The notes under the pieces were generated by a model, which did not search any database, had not been told where the DNA came from, and worked only from the letters and a program-made list of their open reading frames with translations. The position numbers were made by a program, and so were the translations under genes. A DNA stretch of 25,101 nucleotides from Actinomyces viscosus (GTDB lineage Bacteria; Bacteroidota; Bacteroidia; Flavobacteriales_D; Crocinitomicaceae): contig CALPVI020000001.1 in NCBI GenBank assembly GCA_943326975.2, positions 1-25,101 of the forward strand, given 5' to 3'. This document shows, one piece after another, positions 15,031-25,101 of this stretch (within the stretch, counting starts at the first letter, position 1; each line of letters starts with the position of its first letter).

Positions 15031-16311
15031 ATGTCATATTTATTTACATCAGAATCAGTTTCTGAAGGACATCCAGACAAAGTAGCTGATCAAATATCAG
15101 ATGCATTAATTGACAATTTCATGGCATTTGATCCAACATCAAAAGTAGCTTGTGAAACGTTAGTTACTACTGGACAAGTAGTTTTGGCTGGAGAAGTAAA
15201 AACGAAAACATATTTAGATGTTCAAAGTATTGCTCGTGAAGTAATCAGAAAAATTGGATATACTAAATCTGAATATATGTTTGAAGCGAATTCTTGTGGA
15301 ATTCTTTCAGCAATTCATGATCAATCAGATGATATCAATCAAGGTGTTGATAGAATTGTAGCAAATGATGATTTTGAAGCAAAAGCAAACGCTCAAGGAG
15401 CAGGTGACCAAGGAATGATGTTTGGTTATGCAACGAAAGAGACTGAAAACTATATGCCATTAGCATTAGATTTAGCACATAAAATTTTACAAGAGTTATC
15501 TTACATCAGAAACAATGAGCCAAATTTAATTGGTTATTTACGTCCAGATGCAAAATCGCAGGTTACAATTGAGTATTCTGATGATAATGTTCCTCAACGT
15601 ATTGATAGCATTGTTGTTTCAACTCAGCACGATGATTTCGCTTCTGAAACAGCCATGTTAGAGAAAATCAAACATGATATCATTTCGATTGTTATTCCTC
15701 GTGTTAAAGCAAAATTAAGACCAGAATTACAAGTATTATTCACAGATCAAATTCAATACCATATCAACCCAACTGGAAAATTCGTAATTGGAGGACCACA
15801 TGGTGATACAGGTTTAACGGGAAGAAAAATTATCGTTGATACTTATGGTGGTAAAGGAGCACATGGTGGTGGAGCTTTCTCAGGAAAAGATCCTTCTAAA
15901 GTTGACCGTTCTGCTGCTTATGCTACTCGTCATATTGCTAAAAACTTAGTAGCTGCAGGTCTTGCAGATGAAGTTTTAGTTCAAGTTTCTTATGCAATTG
16001 GTGTTGCTAAACCTTGTGGTTTATACATCAACACTTATGGTACTGCGAAAGTTGATAAAACGGATGGTGAAATCGCAAAAATTGTTGAAGGTATTTTCGA
16101 TTTACGTCCTTATGCAATTGAACAACGTTTGAAATTAAGAAATCCTATTTATAGTGAAACTGCTGCTTATGGTCATATGGGTCGTAAAAATGAAGTAGTT
16201 ACGAAAACTTTTAAATCACCAGATGGAACAATCGTTTCGAAAGAAGTAGAGTTATTTACTTGGGAGAAATTAGACTTCGTAGATAAAGTTAAAGCAGGAT
16301 TTGGTTTATAA
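15031..16311 (+). CDS. metK: S-adenosylmethionine synthetase
   Basis: [40 protein letters not shown] and [15 protein letters not shown]. Confidence 0.99.
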   Translation: MSYLFTSESVSEGHPDKVADQISDALIDNFMAFDPTSKVACETLVTTGQVVLAGEVKTKTYLDVQSIAREVIRKIGYTKSEYMFEANSCGILSAIHDQSDDINQGVDRIVANDDFEAKANAQGAGDQGMMFGYATKETENYMPLALDLAHKILQELSYIRNNEPNLIGYLRPDAKSQVTIEYSDDNVPQRIDSIVVSTQHDDFASETAMLEKIKHDIISIVIPRVKAKLRPELQVLFTDQIQYHINPTGKFVIGGPHGDTGLTGRKIIVDTYGGKGAHGGGAFSGKDPSKVDRSAAYATRHIAKNLVAAGLADEVLVQVSYAIGVAKPCGLYINTYGTAKVDKTDGEIAKIVEGIFDLRPYAIEQRLKLRNPIYSETAAYGHMGRKNEVVTKTFKSPDGTIVSKEVELFTWEKLDFVDKVKAGFGL

Positions 16312-16330
16312 AAACGAAATTTAGAATATA

Positions 16331-16362
16331 AAAAAAACCGAGATGAAAATCTCGGTTTTTTT
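16331..16362. terminator. Bidirectional terminator between convergent metK and ppx
   Basis: A7-CCGAGAT-gaaa-ATCTCGG-T7. Confidence 0.9.
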
Positions 16363-16377
16363 GTTTTAGATTAATTC

Positions 16378-17253
16378 TTATTGTCTTTTTAAATGCATAT
16401 CGTAAATCATACCATCAGATAATCCTATTTTGGGCACGATCATATTATTACAATTTAATTCTTGCATTATATAAAGATAAATATCCATTGCAGGAACAAT
16501 TACATCAGCTCTATCTGGTTTCAATTGATATCTCTCGACGCGTTGTTCGAGATTCAAAACGCTTATTTCGTTTCTTAATTCAGCAATTTTCTTTACTGAA
16601 ATAGTTTCCATATGTTGAGCACCAAGCATTTTATGCACTTTATTGATGTTACCACCTGTTGCAAAAATTTGATGTACGGATTGTAAATCTACATGCTCTG
16701 CTAACCAATCATGAATTTCTTTCCAAATAGAATCTTTTACTTTTCCTTTTAATAAACGAATCGTGCCTATTTGAAAAGATTTTGATGCAATACGTTCGCC
16801 ATTCTCAAAAACACTCACTTCTGTACTTCCACCTCCAACGTCAATAACAATAAAAGGCATCGTTTTATCAAAATCCATTAAGAAGAAGGTGCCAAATATT
16901 AAATCAGCTTCTTCGTTACCTGATATAATTTCAATATTAACTCCCGTTTCTTTTTCAATAAGTTCTTGAATTTCTTCCCTATTTTTTGCTTCTCGCATTG
17001 CAGAAGTAGCGCAGGCTCGTAATTCTTTTACTTCAAAAATTTCTGAAATCAATCGAAATGCTTTCATTGTTTTTGAAAAATGAGAAGCTTTTTTAGAAGA
17101 TATTTTTCCGTCTTCAAAAACTTCTTCCCCTAAACGAAGTGGTATACGTGTGTATGATATTTTTTTAACAAAAGAGTGGCCATTTTCAGTTGTGACTTCT
17201 CCTACAAGTAATCTTGCTGCATTAGTACCAATATCTATCGCTCCATATCTCAT
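16378..17253 (-). CDS. ppx: Ppx/GppA exopolyphosphatase (short form)
   Basis: AIDIGTNA, ATSAMREA.N, ISG.EEA, DVGGGSTE and RADVIVPA. Confidence 0.92.
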   Translation of the reverse strand: MRYGAIDIGTNAARLLVGEVTTENGHSFVKKISYTRIPLRLGEEVFEDGKISSKKASHFSKTMKAFRLISEIFEVKELRACATSAMREAKNREEIQELIEKETGVNIEIISGNEEADLIFGTFFLMDFDKTMPFIVIDVGGGSTEVSVFENGERIASKSFQIGTIRLLKGKVKDSIWKEIHDWLAEHVDLQSVHQIFATGGNINKVHKMLGAQHMETISVKKIAELRNEISVLNLEQRVERYQLKPDRADVIVPAMDIYLYIMQELNCNNMIVPKIGLSDGMIYDMHLKRQ

Positions 17254-17296
17254 GACTTAAAAGTATCTATTTTAAGTTGAACAAATCGAAATAAAT

Positions 17297-18607
17297 TTAT
17301 TTTTTTCTAAAGAAAATTCGAATAGGAACCCCTTTAAAGTCATAAATTTCACGCATCCTGTTCTCTAAGAAACGTTTATAACTATCTGGAATATATTGCG
17401 GTAAATTACAGAAAAATGCAAATGAAGGACTTGCAGTAGGTAACTGTTGAATATATTTAATTTTGATATATTTTCCTTTTAAAGAAGGAGGAGGAGTCAT
17501 TTTAATAATATCTCCCATTACATCATTTAACTCAGAAGTAGTAATTTTACGTTTTTTATTTGCGTAAACTTCCATCGTTGTTTCCAACGCTTTGTGAATT
17601 CTTTGTTTTGTAATTGTAGAAGTAAAGATAATTGGAACGTCATTGAAAGGAGCTAATTGCTCACGAATATTATCTTCCCACTCTTTAGTAGTTAAGGTAT
17701 CTTTTTCAATCAAATCCCATTTATTCACTAGAACGACAACACCTTTCGCATTTTTTTCTAAGATGTAGTAGATGTGTAAATCTTGTTTTTGAAGGCCTTC
17801 TGTAGCGTCAATCATAAAAACACAAACATCTGATTCTTCAATCGCTCTAACAGAACGTAAAACCGAATAATACTCTAAATCTTCAGTAACTTTTGCCTTT
17901 TTACGAATACCTGCTGTATCAACAATCATGAAGTCGAAACCAAAAGCATTGTAACGTGTGTTAATGGCGTCACGAGTTGTACCTGAGATATCTGTAACAA
18001 TATTTCTTTCTTCTCCAGTAATCGCATTTACAAAAGAAGATTTTCCAACGTTTGGTTTTCCAACAATAGCTATTCTTGGTAAGTGATCCAATTCATTTAC
18101 AGATTCATCTTCGATATCCATAAACTTTACGGCATCATCTAGCAATTCACCTGTACCACTTCCGTTTGTAGCAGATAAATCATATACATCTCCAATACCT
18201 AATTGATAAAATTCAGACGATAAACCAATCCTTCCGCTATTATCTACTTTATTCGCAACAATAAATACTTTCTTTTTAGATTTTCTTAGTAAACCTGCAA
18301 CAACTTCATCAAAATCAACAATTCCTGTTGTAACATCTACTACAAAGAAAATAATATTCGCTTCTTCAATTGCGATTAATACTTGCTTACGAATTTCGGC
18401 CTCAAAAATATCATCTGTACCACTAGCGTAACCTCCAGTATCAATAACTGAAAATTGATATCCATTCCATTCACCTCTTCCGTATAATCGATCTCTTGTT
18501 ACACCGCTAATTTCTTTTACGATGGCATTAGTTGATTCTGTTAATCTATTGAATAAAGTTGATTTTCCTACATTTGGTCTACCAACAATTGCTATTATAT
18601 TTCCCAT
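17297..18607 (-). CDS. der: Ribosome biogenesis GTPase Der (EngA)
   Basis: Two G domains ([16 protein letters not shown]; [16 protein letters not shown]) plus a KH-like C-terminus. Confidence 0.98.
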   Translation of the reverse strand: MGNIIAIVGRPNVGKSTLFNRLTESTNAIVKEISGVTRDRLYGRGEWNGYQFSVIDTGGYASGTDDIFEAEIRKQVLIAIEEANIIFFVVDVTTGIVDFDEVVAGLLRKSKKKVFIVANKVDNSGRIGLSSEFYQLGIGDVYDLSATNGSGTGELLDDAVKFMDIEDESVNELDHLPRIAIVGKPNVGKSSFVNAITGEERNIVTDISGTTRDAINTRYNAFGFDFMIVDTAGIRKKAKVTEDLEYYSVLRSVRAIEESDVCVFMIDATEGLQKQDLHIYYILEKNAKGVVVLVNKWDLIEKDTLTTKEWEDNIREQLAPFNDVPIIFTSTITKQRIHKALETTMEVYANKKRKITTSELNDVMGDIIKMTPPPSLKGKYIKIKYIQQLPTASPSFAFFCNLPQYIPDSYKRFLENRMREIYDFKGVPIRIFFRKK

Positions 18608-18623
18608 TTTATTTTTTCAAAAG

Positions 18624-18631
18624 CAAACTTA
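18624..18631 (-). promoter_or_regulatory. -7 promoter element (TAAGTTTG) upstream of der
   Basis: Exact TAnnTTTG 16 nt upstream of the ATG. Confidence 0.6.
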
Positions 18632-18689
18632 TAAGATTCGCAACTAAATAATTTGCTAATCTTCAATTTGCCAATTTGTAATCTACTTT

Positions 18690-19565
18690 TTAATATCCGT
18701 ATTTCTTTAATTTGCTATCAGAAGATCTCCAATCTTTGTCTACTTTAACAAATGTCTCTAAGAAAACTTTTTTATCTACAAAACGTTCTATTTCATGTCT
18801 TGCTTCTCTTCCAATTCTTTTTAACATTTCACCACCTTTTCCTATGATGATTCCTTTTTGTGAATCACGTTCTACGATGATTAATGCACGTATTTTAATT
18901 AGATCTTGTTCTTCTAAATACTCTTCAATTTCAATTTGACTTGAATATGGAACTTCTTTTTGACAATGAATAAAGATTTTTTCACGAATCATTTCCGAAA
19001 TGAAAAAACGCATTGGTCTATCTGATAAATCATCTTTATCATAGTAAGGCGGACATTCAGGAATTGATTTTAGAATTCGCTCCCATAGTAAATCAATATT
19101 AAATCCATGAAGAGCTGACAATAGATAAACGTAAGAATTAGGCAATCTTTCTTGCCAATACGTGATACGTTCCATTATCTTTTCCTGTGATCCAAGATCT
19201 ATTTTATTGATCAAAGTGACAACAGGAATTTTCAATTTTTGAATTTTCTCTAATGTCTCCTTATGATTCATTTCGTCTTCAAAAATATCCGTTATAAAAA
19301 TCAATACATCTGCATCTTGAATAGAAGTGTTTACGTAACTCATCATGGCGTCATGCAATGCATATGCTGAATTAACTACACCAGGAGTGTCAGAAAAAAC
19401 GACTTGGTAATCTTCTTCATTAACAATTCCTAAGATACGGTGTCTTGTTGTTTGTGCTTTAGGTGTAACAATAGACATTTTATGCCCCATTAATTGGTTC
19501 ATCAATGTAGATTTACCAACGTTAGGGCTACCAACGATATTTACGAATCCTGCTTTGTGGGACAT
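18690..19565 (-). CDS. era: GTPase Era
   Basis: GSPNVGKS, QTTR, DTPG, NKID, EVPYS and the KH-domain GIIIGKGG. Confidence 0.98.
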   Translation of the reverse strand: MSHKAGFVNIVGSPNVGKSTLMNQLMGHKMSIVTPKAQTTRHRILGIVNEEDYQVVFSDTPGVVNSAYALHDAMMSYVNTSIQDADVLIFITDIFEDEMNHKETLEKIQKLKIPVVTLINKIDLGSQEKIMERITYWQERLPNSYVYLLSALHGFNIDLLWERILKSIPECPPYYDKDDLSDRPMRFFISEMIREKIFIHCQKEVPYSSQIEIEEYLEEQDLIKIRALIIVERDSQKGIIIGKGGEMLKRIGREARHEIERFVDKKVFLETFVKVDKDWRSSDSKLKKYGY

Positions 19566-19584
19566 TTTGTGCTTTTTTGAATAG

Positions 19585-19592
19585 CAAAGGTA
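19585..19592 (-). promoter_or_regulatory. -7 promoter element (TACCTTTG) upstream of era
   Basis: Exact TAnnTTTG 19 nt upstream of the ATG. Confidence 0.65.
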
Positions 19593-19689
19593 CTAAAATT
19601 GTTCGACTTGTAAGTTTAAACTTCTATAGAAGAATCACATATTTTCTAGTACCATTCAATGGTTTTAAAAACCAAATAAAATCTACTAA

Positions 19690-21051
19690 TTATCTATTCA
19701 CCCAAAGTGAAGGATTTACACATTGAACAGACCCACCATTCACTACATGGATTTCAAAATGTGCGATAGATACAGAACTTCCTTGTGGTACGATTAACGA
19801 ACCAATCACTTGTTTAGTAGATACTTTAGAACCAACTGTTACATAGGTATCCTGTAAATTTGAATATACAGTTCTGTAATTCCCATGTTTAATGATTACA
19901 ACTTTTCCAGCACCCAGAATGTTTAGAATACTTGTAACTTCTCCCTCAAATACAGCTCTTACTTGAGCATTTTGTGATGTGCTAATATCGATTCCATTGT
20001 TATTTGTAAATACATTATCTATCGTAGGATGCGCATTTCTACCAAATCCTTCTGTAATACTTCCTTTTTCTACCGGCCAAGGTAATTTCCCTTTATTTGA
20101 TTCAAAAGTTTTACTAAGTGATACAGCCTCTTTGGTGTTTTCTGTATAATTAACTTCTTTTTTATTTGTAACAACAGTTTCTTTTTTGTTTTCAGTTGTA
20201 GTGGATGAAGCAGTTGAATTTGTGTTTGTAATTTCTGCTTTTTTCTTTTCTCTTTCTGCTCTTTCTGCCTTTTCCGCCTTTTCTGCAGCCTTTCTTGCTT
20301 TTTTCTCTGCATTTGCAATTTCTTTTCGAATTGCAGCGTTAATCTTATCTTTTAAAACTTCTTTTTTGCGTTCGTCTTCTCTTAATTGCGCCATCAATTT
20401 CGCTTCCTCATTTTTGAATTTTTGATAGACAACTTGTTTGTTTACTTTATCTTTTTCGATTTCGTCTTTTTCAATTTTCTTTTGATTCAACATTTGAAGT
20501 TTGTACTCCTTTTCTTTTTCAATTGTCTGTATTTCACTATTTATCAAACCTTCGTATTGACGAATAATTAAAAATTGTTTTTGTTGAATTTCTCCTACTT
20601 TTTGAAGGTATTTGTTTCGTTTAATTGCTTGATAATAAGAGTTTGAAGAAAAAATATACATCATTTTTCCATACTTATTCCTATGCTTGTATGCATAAAG
20701 AAGTAACTTACGATATTGTTCTTTTAATCGAATTAATTTTTTTCTTAATGTAGCAATTTGTATACTTTTTTTAGAAAGTTTTAGTTCTGCTCCTCTAATT
20801 TGATTATCAAAATTTTTCAATAAATTTTCTCTGTATTCAATTTGATTTTCAATGATTTTTAGCTCATTCAGAGAGGCTTCTGTATTTGATTTCGTTTTGC
20901 TTAGTAATGATTTTGTATTAGATATTTTCTTTTCTAATTTATCTTGTTCTTTTTTAAGTTTTTCGCTTGAAGTTTGGGCGTGCAAGTTTAGATTGAAAAT
21001 AAAAATTCCAATTATTATAAATATAAATCTCAAACTATTCACACTTGTCAT
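19690..21051 (-). CDS. EnvC-like murein hydrolase activator (coiled coil + degenerate M23 domain)
   Basis: Signal/TM segment, long coiled coil, then LPWPV..G, NNGIDI, VIIKHG.YRTVYSNL and HFEI. Confidence 0.9.
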   Translation of the reverse strand: MTSVNSLRFIFIIIGIFIFNLNLHAQTSSEKLKKEQDKLEKKISNTKSLLSKTKSNTEASLNELKIIENQIEYRENLLKNFDNQIRGAELKLSKKSIQIATLRKKLIRLKEQYRKLLLYAYKHRNKYGKMMYIFSSNSYYQAIKRNKYLQKVGEIQQKQFLIIRQYEGLINSEIQTIEKEKEYKLQMLNQKKIEKDEIEKDKVNKQVVYQKFKNEEAKLMAQLREDERKKEVLKDKINAAIRKEIANAEKKARKAAEKAEKAERAEREKKKAEITNTNSTASSTTTENKKETVVTNKKEVNYTENTKEAVSLSKTFESNKGKLPWPVEKGSITEGFGRNAHPTIDNVFTNNNGIDISTSQNAQVRAVFEGEVTSILNILGAGKVVIIKHGNYRTVYSNLQDTYVTVGSKVSTKQVIGSLIVPQGSSVSIAHFEIHVVNGGSVQCVNPSLWVNR

Positions 21052-21844
21052 AACTTTCAGGTATAACCATATTTAAAGGTTCAGGCAAATTTACCTCAAT
21101 TTTATCGTACTTTAAATCCACTAGAATATTATTTCTCGGCGTTGAAATGTGAATAACTACTACTTTTGGAATTCTATATCCTTCTATTATTTCACTTTCA
21201 AGGTATTCAACATTAACCAATGTAGAATCTGAAGGACTTTCAATTTGCATGGAAGTTAAAATATTCAATTCACTATTAAGAAAATATTTAATGATCATAT
21301 CATCTTTACTTTTCTTCTCAGCTCTTTTCATCTTATACTTTCGATGTGAAGAGATGATATAACTTTTGGAGTCATGAATTTGAAAGTAGCGTTGATTTTC
21401 ATCATAATCAACAGGTAGGCCTAATATGATTTCTTCAATGTTTTTATAGTTAAAATCTACGCCAAAGGATTCTTTGAAATATCCTAAATCATGTTTTAGG
21501 TAGCATTTATCTTTTTTATTGGTAAGTATCAAAGAATCTTTTGTAATAATTGAATTTATGATTGGAATATTAGCATATGTTATAATTGCTTGAACCGCAC
21601 TATCCAACGTCATTCTAATACTAGTCTTGAAGTTATTTGTACGATTTGTATCGCTATAATTCGTTTTGATTTTTGTATAAAAATGATGTGGTACAACTTT
21701 CGTTATGCTATCTAAAGCATGTTGTAATTCTTGTGTTTTTCTTCTTTCTAGCTTTTCAGTATTTTCTGTTAAATCCTTGTGCGTTGCACATGAAAACATT
21801 ATTAAACCAGCAAGACAAAATAGATATTTAATATACTGGCTCAT
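21035..21844 (-). CDS. DUF4292 family lipoprotein
   Basis: Lipobox IMFSC; conserved position between the TPR and EnvC-like genes in Bacteroidota. Likely start 21844 (MSQY); the ORF track starts at 21862. Confidence 0.75.
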   Translation of the reverse strand: MSQYIKYLFCLAGLIMFSCATHKDLTENTEKLERRKTQELQHALDSITKVVPHHFYTKIKTNYSDTNRTNNFKTSIRMTLDSAVQAIITYANIPIINSIITKDSLILTNKKDKCYLKHDLGYFKESFGVDFNYKNIEEIILGLPVDYDENQRYFQIHDSKSYIISSHRKYKMKRAEKKSKDDMIIKYFLNSELNILTSMQIESPSDSTLVNVEYLESEIIEGYRIPKVVVIHISTPRNNILVDLKYDKIEVNLPEPLNMVIPESYDKCE

Positions 21845-23549
21845 AATATTCTTTTTTATCAATTTTCATTCTTAAATTTTTGTTTGTAGAACCAAGTTCT
21901 TCCGCTCTTTTCCAGAATTCTATGGCTTTTGGGATATTTCCTTCTTTAAAATAGCCATCACCCATGTGTTCTACGATTATTTTATCTTTTGGATCTAATT
22001 CAAATGCTTTTTTAATTAATTCAAATGACTTTGTATAATTTCCTTTTTGAAACAAAATCCATCCGTAAGTATCGATGAAATGAGGTTGTCCGGGAGATTT
22101 TTCATTCACTTTTTTAATGAGTTCTTCTGCTTTTTCTAAATCGATTTTAGCATTAGCCAAACGGTAAGCAAAATTGTTCATATTTAAAGTGCTGTTTTTA
22201 TCTAGTTCTAAGGATTTTTCATAACTTTTTTTTCCTTCGGTATATTTCTTCAATCCGAAGTATGCTTCTCCTATTTGGCCTTCAAATTCGGCTTTTAATA
22301 CAGGATCATTTGAAATGAATTCTTTCCCCGTTTCAAGTGTCGAAATTGCTTCATCAAATTTATGAATTTGATTTGCTGCTATTCCGTTAAACAAGTATAC
22401 AGATGAATTACTTGGAAAAAACTCCAAACATTTTTTACTATCTATAAATAAATTATCAAAATCAGTTTTTTGGTATTCCATCACCAATACTTGATTCCAA
22501 ATGGGGAATTTAGATTGATCGTATTTTAAAGCATTTTTATAAGCTAAAAGTGCTTTTGGTTCATTTTCTATTTTTAAATAAAAATCTCCTTGAATCGAAT
22601 AGGCTTTTGTATCTGTTGGATATTGAGCTACTAAAATGTCAATCAATTGAAAATCTCTTTCGGTTAATTTTGAATTTCGCTCATGAATATCAATTAACAC
22701 TTTCATCTTTTGATCAATATCTACATCAATACAAGCAAAAGCTCTTAGTATTTCTGTGTAATATTCATCGATTTTGCCTTTTTGTTTATAGATGTCAGCT
22801 AAGCCAAGGTGAACTCTTCCATTTGTTGGATCTGCTTTTGCCATTGCTTCTAACATTCCAATTGCTTTATCGTCTTGTTTTGTACGAAAGAAATAATCAA
22901 CTAAAACACCAATTAATTGAGGGTCTTCAGGGTGACTTTTTCTTGCTTTTTCAATCTCTAAAACACCTTTTTCAGGTTGTTTTTGTTGTACATACAGATT
23001 GAATTTTTGAATTGAAATATCAGGAACAACACCAATTTGTTCTTCTGTTTTGTCTAATGCATCGATAGCGTCTTGTGTTTTCCCTAATCTAACTAAGCTT
23101 TCTGCATACCCATACAACCAATCTACGTTTCTTGGTTCTTTTTTTACAAGTTTTTCAAATGATTTGACTGCTTCAGAATATTTCTTTTGTTCGAAATTCA
23201 TGTAAGCAATTTCTTGGATATACCACGTATTTGAAGGGTCAATTTCTGCCGCTTTTTGTATTGCTTCAGCAGATTTTATAAGGTCATTTTTCTGTATATA
23301 TAATTCTGATAATGCGTAAAAAACAGCATCATCGTTTTGTCTAACACCTAAACAATAGTTTAAAGCGTCAATTGCATCATCTATTTCACCTTTTTCTTTT
23401 AATCGAATTCCTTCATGGAATTTTTCAATATAAGGGAAATTAGCCTTTGTTAATTGTGGCTGGTCACTTTTACCCTTCGATTTAAGAATACCACAAGAAA
23501 CCATCAAAAGTGATAGCAGAATACTAGACCAAAAATGATTTTTATACAT
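21828..23549 (-). CDS. TPR-repeat lipoprotein
   Basis: Lipobox LMVSC; many TPR helices; C-terminal LNNxAY...FIDTYGWI...EHMGD pattern. Confidence 0.88.
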   Translation of the reverse strand: MYKNHFWSSILLSLLMVSCGILKSKGKSDQPQLTKANFPYIEKFHEGIRLKEKGEIDDAIDALNYCLGVRQNDDAVFYALSELYIQKNDLIKSAEAIQKAAEIDPSNTWYIQEIAYMNFEQKKYSEAVKSFEKLVKKEPRNVDWLYGYAESLVRLGKTQDAIDALDKTEEQIGVVPDISIQKFNLYVQQKQPEKGVLEIEKARKSHPEDPQLIGVLVDYFFRTKQDDKAIGMLEAMAKADPTNGRVHLGLADIYKQKGKIDEYYTEILRAFACIDVDIDQKMKVLIDIHERNSKLTERDFQLIDILVAQYPTDTKAYSIQGDFYLKIENEPKALLAYKNALKYDQSKFPIWNQVLVMEYQKTDFDNLFIDSKKCLEFFPSNSSVYLFNGIAANQIHKFDEAISTLETGKEFISNDPVLKAEFEGQIGEAYFGLKKYTEGKKSYEKSLELDKNSTLNMNNFAYRLANAKIDLEKAEELIKKVNEKSPGQPHFIDTYGWILFQKGNYTKSFELIKKAFELDPKDKIIVEHMGDGYFKEGNIPKAIEFWKRAEELGSTNKNLRMKIDKKEYYEPVY

Positions 23550-24556
23550 TAAGCAATAATTGAATAATCACTTAAACTCAAATCGTGCGCCAAACCTTTG
23601 TATTTTGCATGTGATCCTAACATTGAATCTTTTAAGTTTGCATTAACAATGATTGCATTCGATTGTAAAATACTATTACTAATAATTGAATTTGTTACCA
23701 ACGAACCATGCCCTAAAGATACATGTGGACCAACGATTGAATTCTCAAGAATAACATCTTTTCCAATATAGCATGGCGGAATAATAATAGAATTGATCAA
23801 TTTTGAAGATGGGTGAACCATTTCTAAATTTTTCTCAGCATCAAATTCTAAAACACGTTGGTTTGTGTGAACAGTTACTTCTTTGTTTCCGCAATCAAGC
23901 CATTCAATTACTTCTCCTGGTTTGAATTTTTTACCGCTTTCAGTTAATCTTCTCAACGCATCAGGTAATTGGTATTCGCCACTTTTGATGATAGAATTGT
24001 CAATTAAATATTGACACTCATTTCTTAAAGCATTTCCATCTTTAAAGTAATAAATACCAATCATTGCTAAGTCAGAAACAAATACAGATGGTTTCTCAAC
24101 GAAATCAATAATATTTCCTTCACCATCCATTTTGATGACACCAAAAGCACTTGGGTCTTCGATTTGTTTCACCCAAAGAATTCCGTCAGCATTTGGATCG
24201 ATTTTAAAATCAGCTTTAAAAAGAGTATCAGCAAATGCAACTACGACAGGTCCTTCTAGCATTTCTGCTGCACACATGACTGCATGCGCTGTGCCTAATG
24301 GTTTGTCTTGGTAAAAGATTTTACCTTTAGCGCCTAATTTCTCTGCTACTTTAATTAATTCTGCTTCAATTTCAGGACCAAAATCACCGATTACGAAACC
24401 AATTTCATCTATTTTTTCACTACAAACAGCAGCAATATCTTCTACTAAACGATGTACAATTGGTTTTCCACCAACTGGAACTAATGGTTTTGGAACTGTT
24501 AATGTATGAGGGCGTAATCTACTTCCTCTTCCTGCCATTGGTACGATAATTTTCAT
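23549..24556 (-). CDS. Sugar-phosphate nucleotidyltransferase (glucose-1-P thymidylyltransferase-like) with C-terminal left-handed beta-helix-like region
   Basis: PMAGRGSRLRPHT..VPKPL, QDKPLGTAHA, FVEKP and WLDCG. TAATG stop/start overlap with the next gene. Confidence 0.9.
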   Translation of the reverse strand: MKIIVPMAGRGSRLRPHTLTVPKPLVPVGGKPIVHRLVEDIAAVCSEKIDEIGFVIGDFGPEIEAELIKVAEKLGAKGKIFYQDKPLGTAHAVMCAAEMLEGPVVVAFADTLFKADFKIDPNADGILWVKQIEDPSAFGVIKMDGEGNIIDFVEKPSVFVSDLAMIGIYYFKDGNALRNECQYLIDNSIIKSGEYQLPDALRRLTESGKKFKPGEVIEWLDCGNKEVTVHTNQRVLEFDAEKNLEMVHPSSKLINSIIIPPCYIGKDVILENSIVGPHVSLGHGSLVTNSIISNSILQSNAIIVNANLKDSMLGSHAKYKGLAHDLSLSDYSIIA

Positions 24557-24592
24557 ACAATATTTTTTAAACGATGACGCGTTGTTAATGCT

Positions 24593-25027
24593 TTATTTTA
24601 CTCCAGTACTCCCGAAACCTCCTTCGCCTCGTTCAGTTTCTGATAATGAATTTACTTCTAACCACTCAGCTTGCTCTACTTTTGCAAACACAATTTGAGC
24701 GATTCTTTCACCATTTTCAATCGTAAATTCTTGATTAGATAAATTGATTAATATTACCCCAACTTCTCCTCTGTAATCGGCATCAATTGTTCCAGGTGAG
24801 TTCAATACGGTAATACCATTTTTTAATGCAAGACCACTTCTTGGTCTAACTTGCGCTTCATATCCTTCAGGAATCTCAAGAAACAAACCCGTTTTCACTA
24901 AAATTCTTTCCAAAGGTTTAAGTACAATAGCCGTTGTTAAATTTGCACGAACATCAATTCCAGCTGAAGCAGGAGTTTCGTATTTAGGCAAATCATTTTG
25001 CGATGTATTTATTATTTTAACTTGCAT
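24593..25027 (-). CDS. dut: dUTP diphosphatase
   Basis: [32 protein letters not shown] and [13 protein letters not shown] 25027 gives 144 aa; the ORF-track TTG start at 25051 lies inside the promoter element. Confidence 0.98.
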   Translation of the reverse strand: MQVKIINTSQNDLPKYETPASAGIDVRANLTTAIVLKPLERILVKTGLFLEIPEGYEAQVRPRSGLALKNGITVLNSPGTIDADYRGEVGVILINLSNQEFTIENGERIAQIVFAKVEQAEWLEVNSLSETERGEGGFGSTGVK

Positions 25028-25048
25028 TATTTTTTTATCTATAACTGC

Positions 25049-25056
25049 CAAAGATA
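25049..25056 (-). promoter_or_regulatory. -7 promoter element (TATCTTTG) for the dut operon
   Basis: Exact TAnnTTTG 21 nt upstream of ATG 25027. Confidence 0.7.
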
Positions 25057-25101
25057 ATAAAAATAATATTGGGAAATTAGATGCTAAAAACCTACTTATA
25101 A

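Noticed and set aside
20235-20315. Short-period tandem repeat
   Set aside because: It simply encodes the low-complexity AEK/AER coiled-coil linker of the EnvC-like protein.
983-24314. Short ORFs in the track overlapping longer genes (983..1246, 2248..2535, 2877..3062, 6798..6980, 6823..7011, 7499..7708, 12486..12740, 13465..13731, 14633..14854, 18712..18939, 20070..20318, 20186..20425, 20386..20571, 20852..21076, 22550..23002, 24132..24314)
   Set aside because: Antisense or off-frame shadows of well-supported genes, with no recognisable motifs.
25028-25051. N-terminal extension of dUTPase from the TTG at 25051
   Set aside because: The TTG lies inside the -7 promoter element; ATG 25027 gives the standard-length enzyme.

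Overview
AT-rich bacterial DNA, inferred to be Bacteroidota (probably Flavobacteriales) from TAnnTTTG promoter motifs and the dut / nucleotidyltransferase / TPR / DUF4292 / EnvC-like gene order. The right part (about 12-25 kb) is housekeeping: TauE transporter, ctaA, an SDR/epimerase, metK, ppx, der, era, EnvC-like, DUF4292 and TPR lipoproteins, nucleotidyltransferase and dut. The left part (1-12 kb) is accessory DNA around a tRNA-Ile2(CAT) gene. It holds an AAA_14/DUF4143 ATPase, a 20-codon response-regulator stub with a candidate promoter and a terminator, and two tandem stand-alone HTH paralogues. It also holds an ECF sigma factor, a membrane-anchored TPR protein and an exported, membrane-anchored caspase-like CHAT protease with an intact His/Cys dyad; this trio is the best candidate for a little-described signalling system. 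A divergent four-enzyme module (SDR, L-amino-acid-oxidase-like flavoprotein, GH99-like protein, PhyH dioxygenase) and a secreted Zn-peptidase fused to a probable outer-membrane beta-barrel complete the region. No integrase, transposase, att duplication, CRISPR array or rRNA was seen. All family assignments come from motif recognition by eye; no searches were run.
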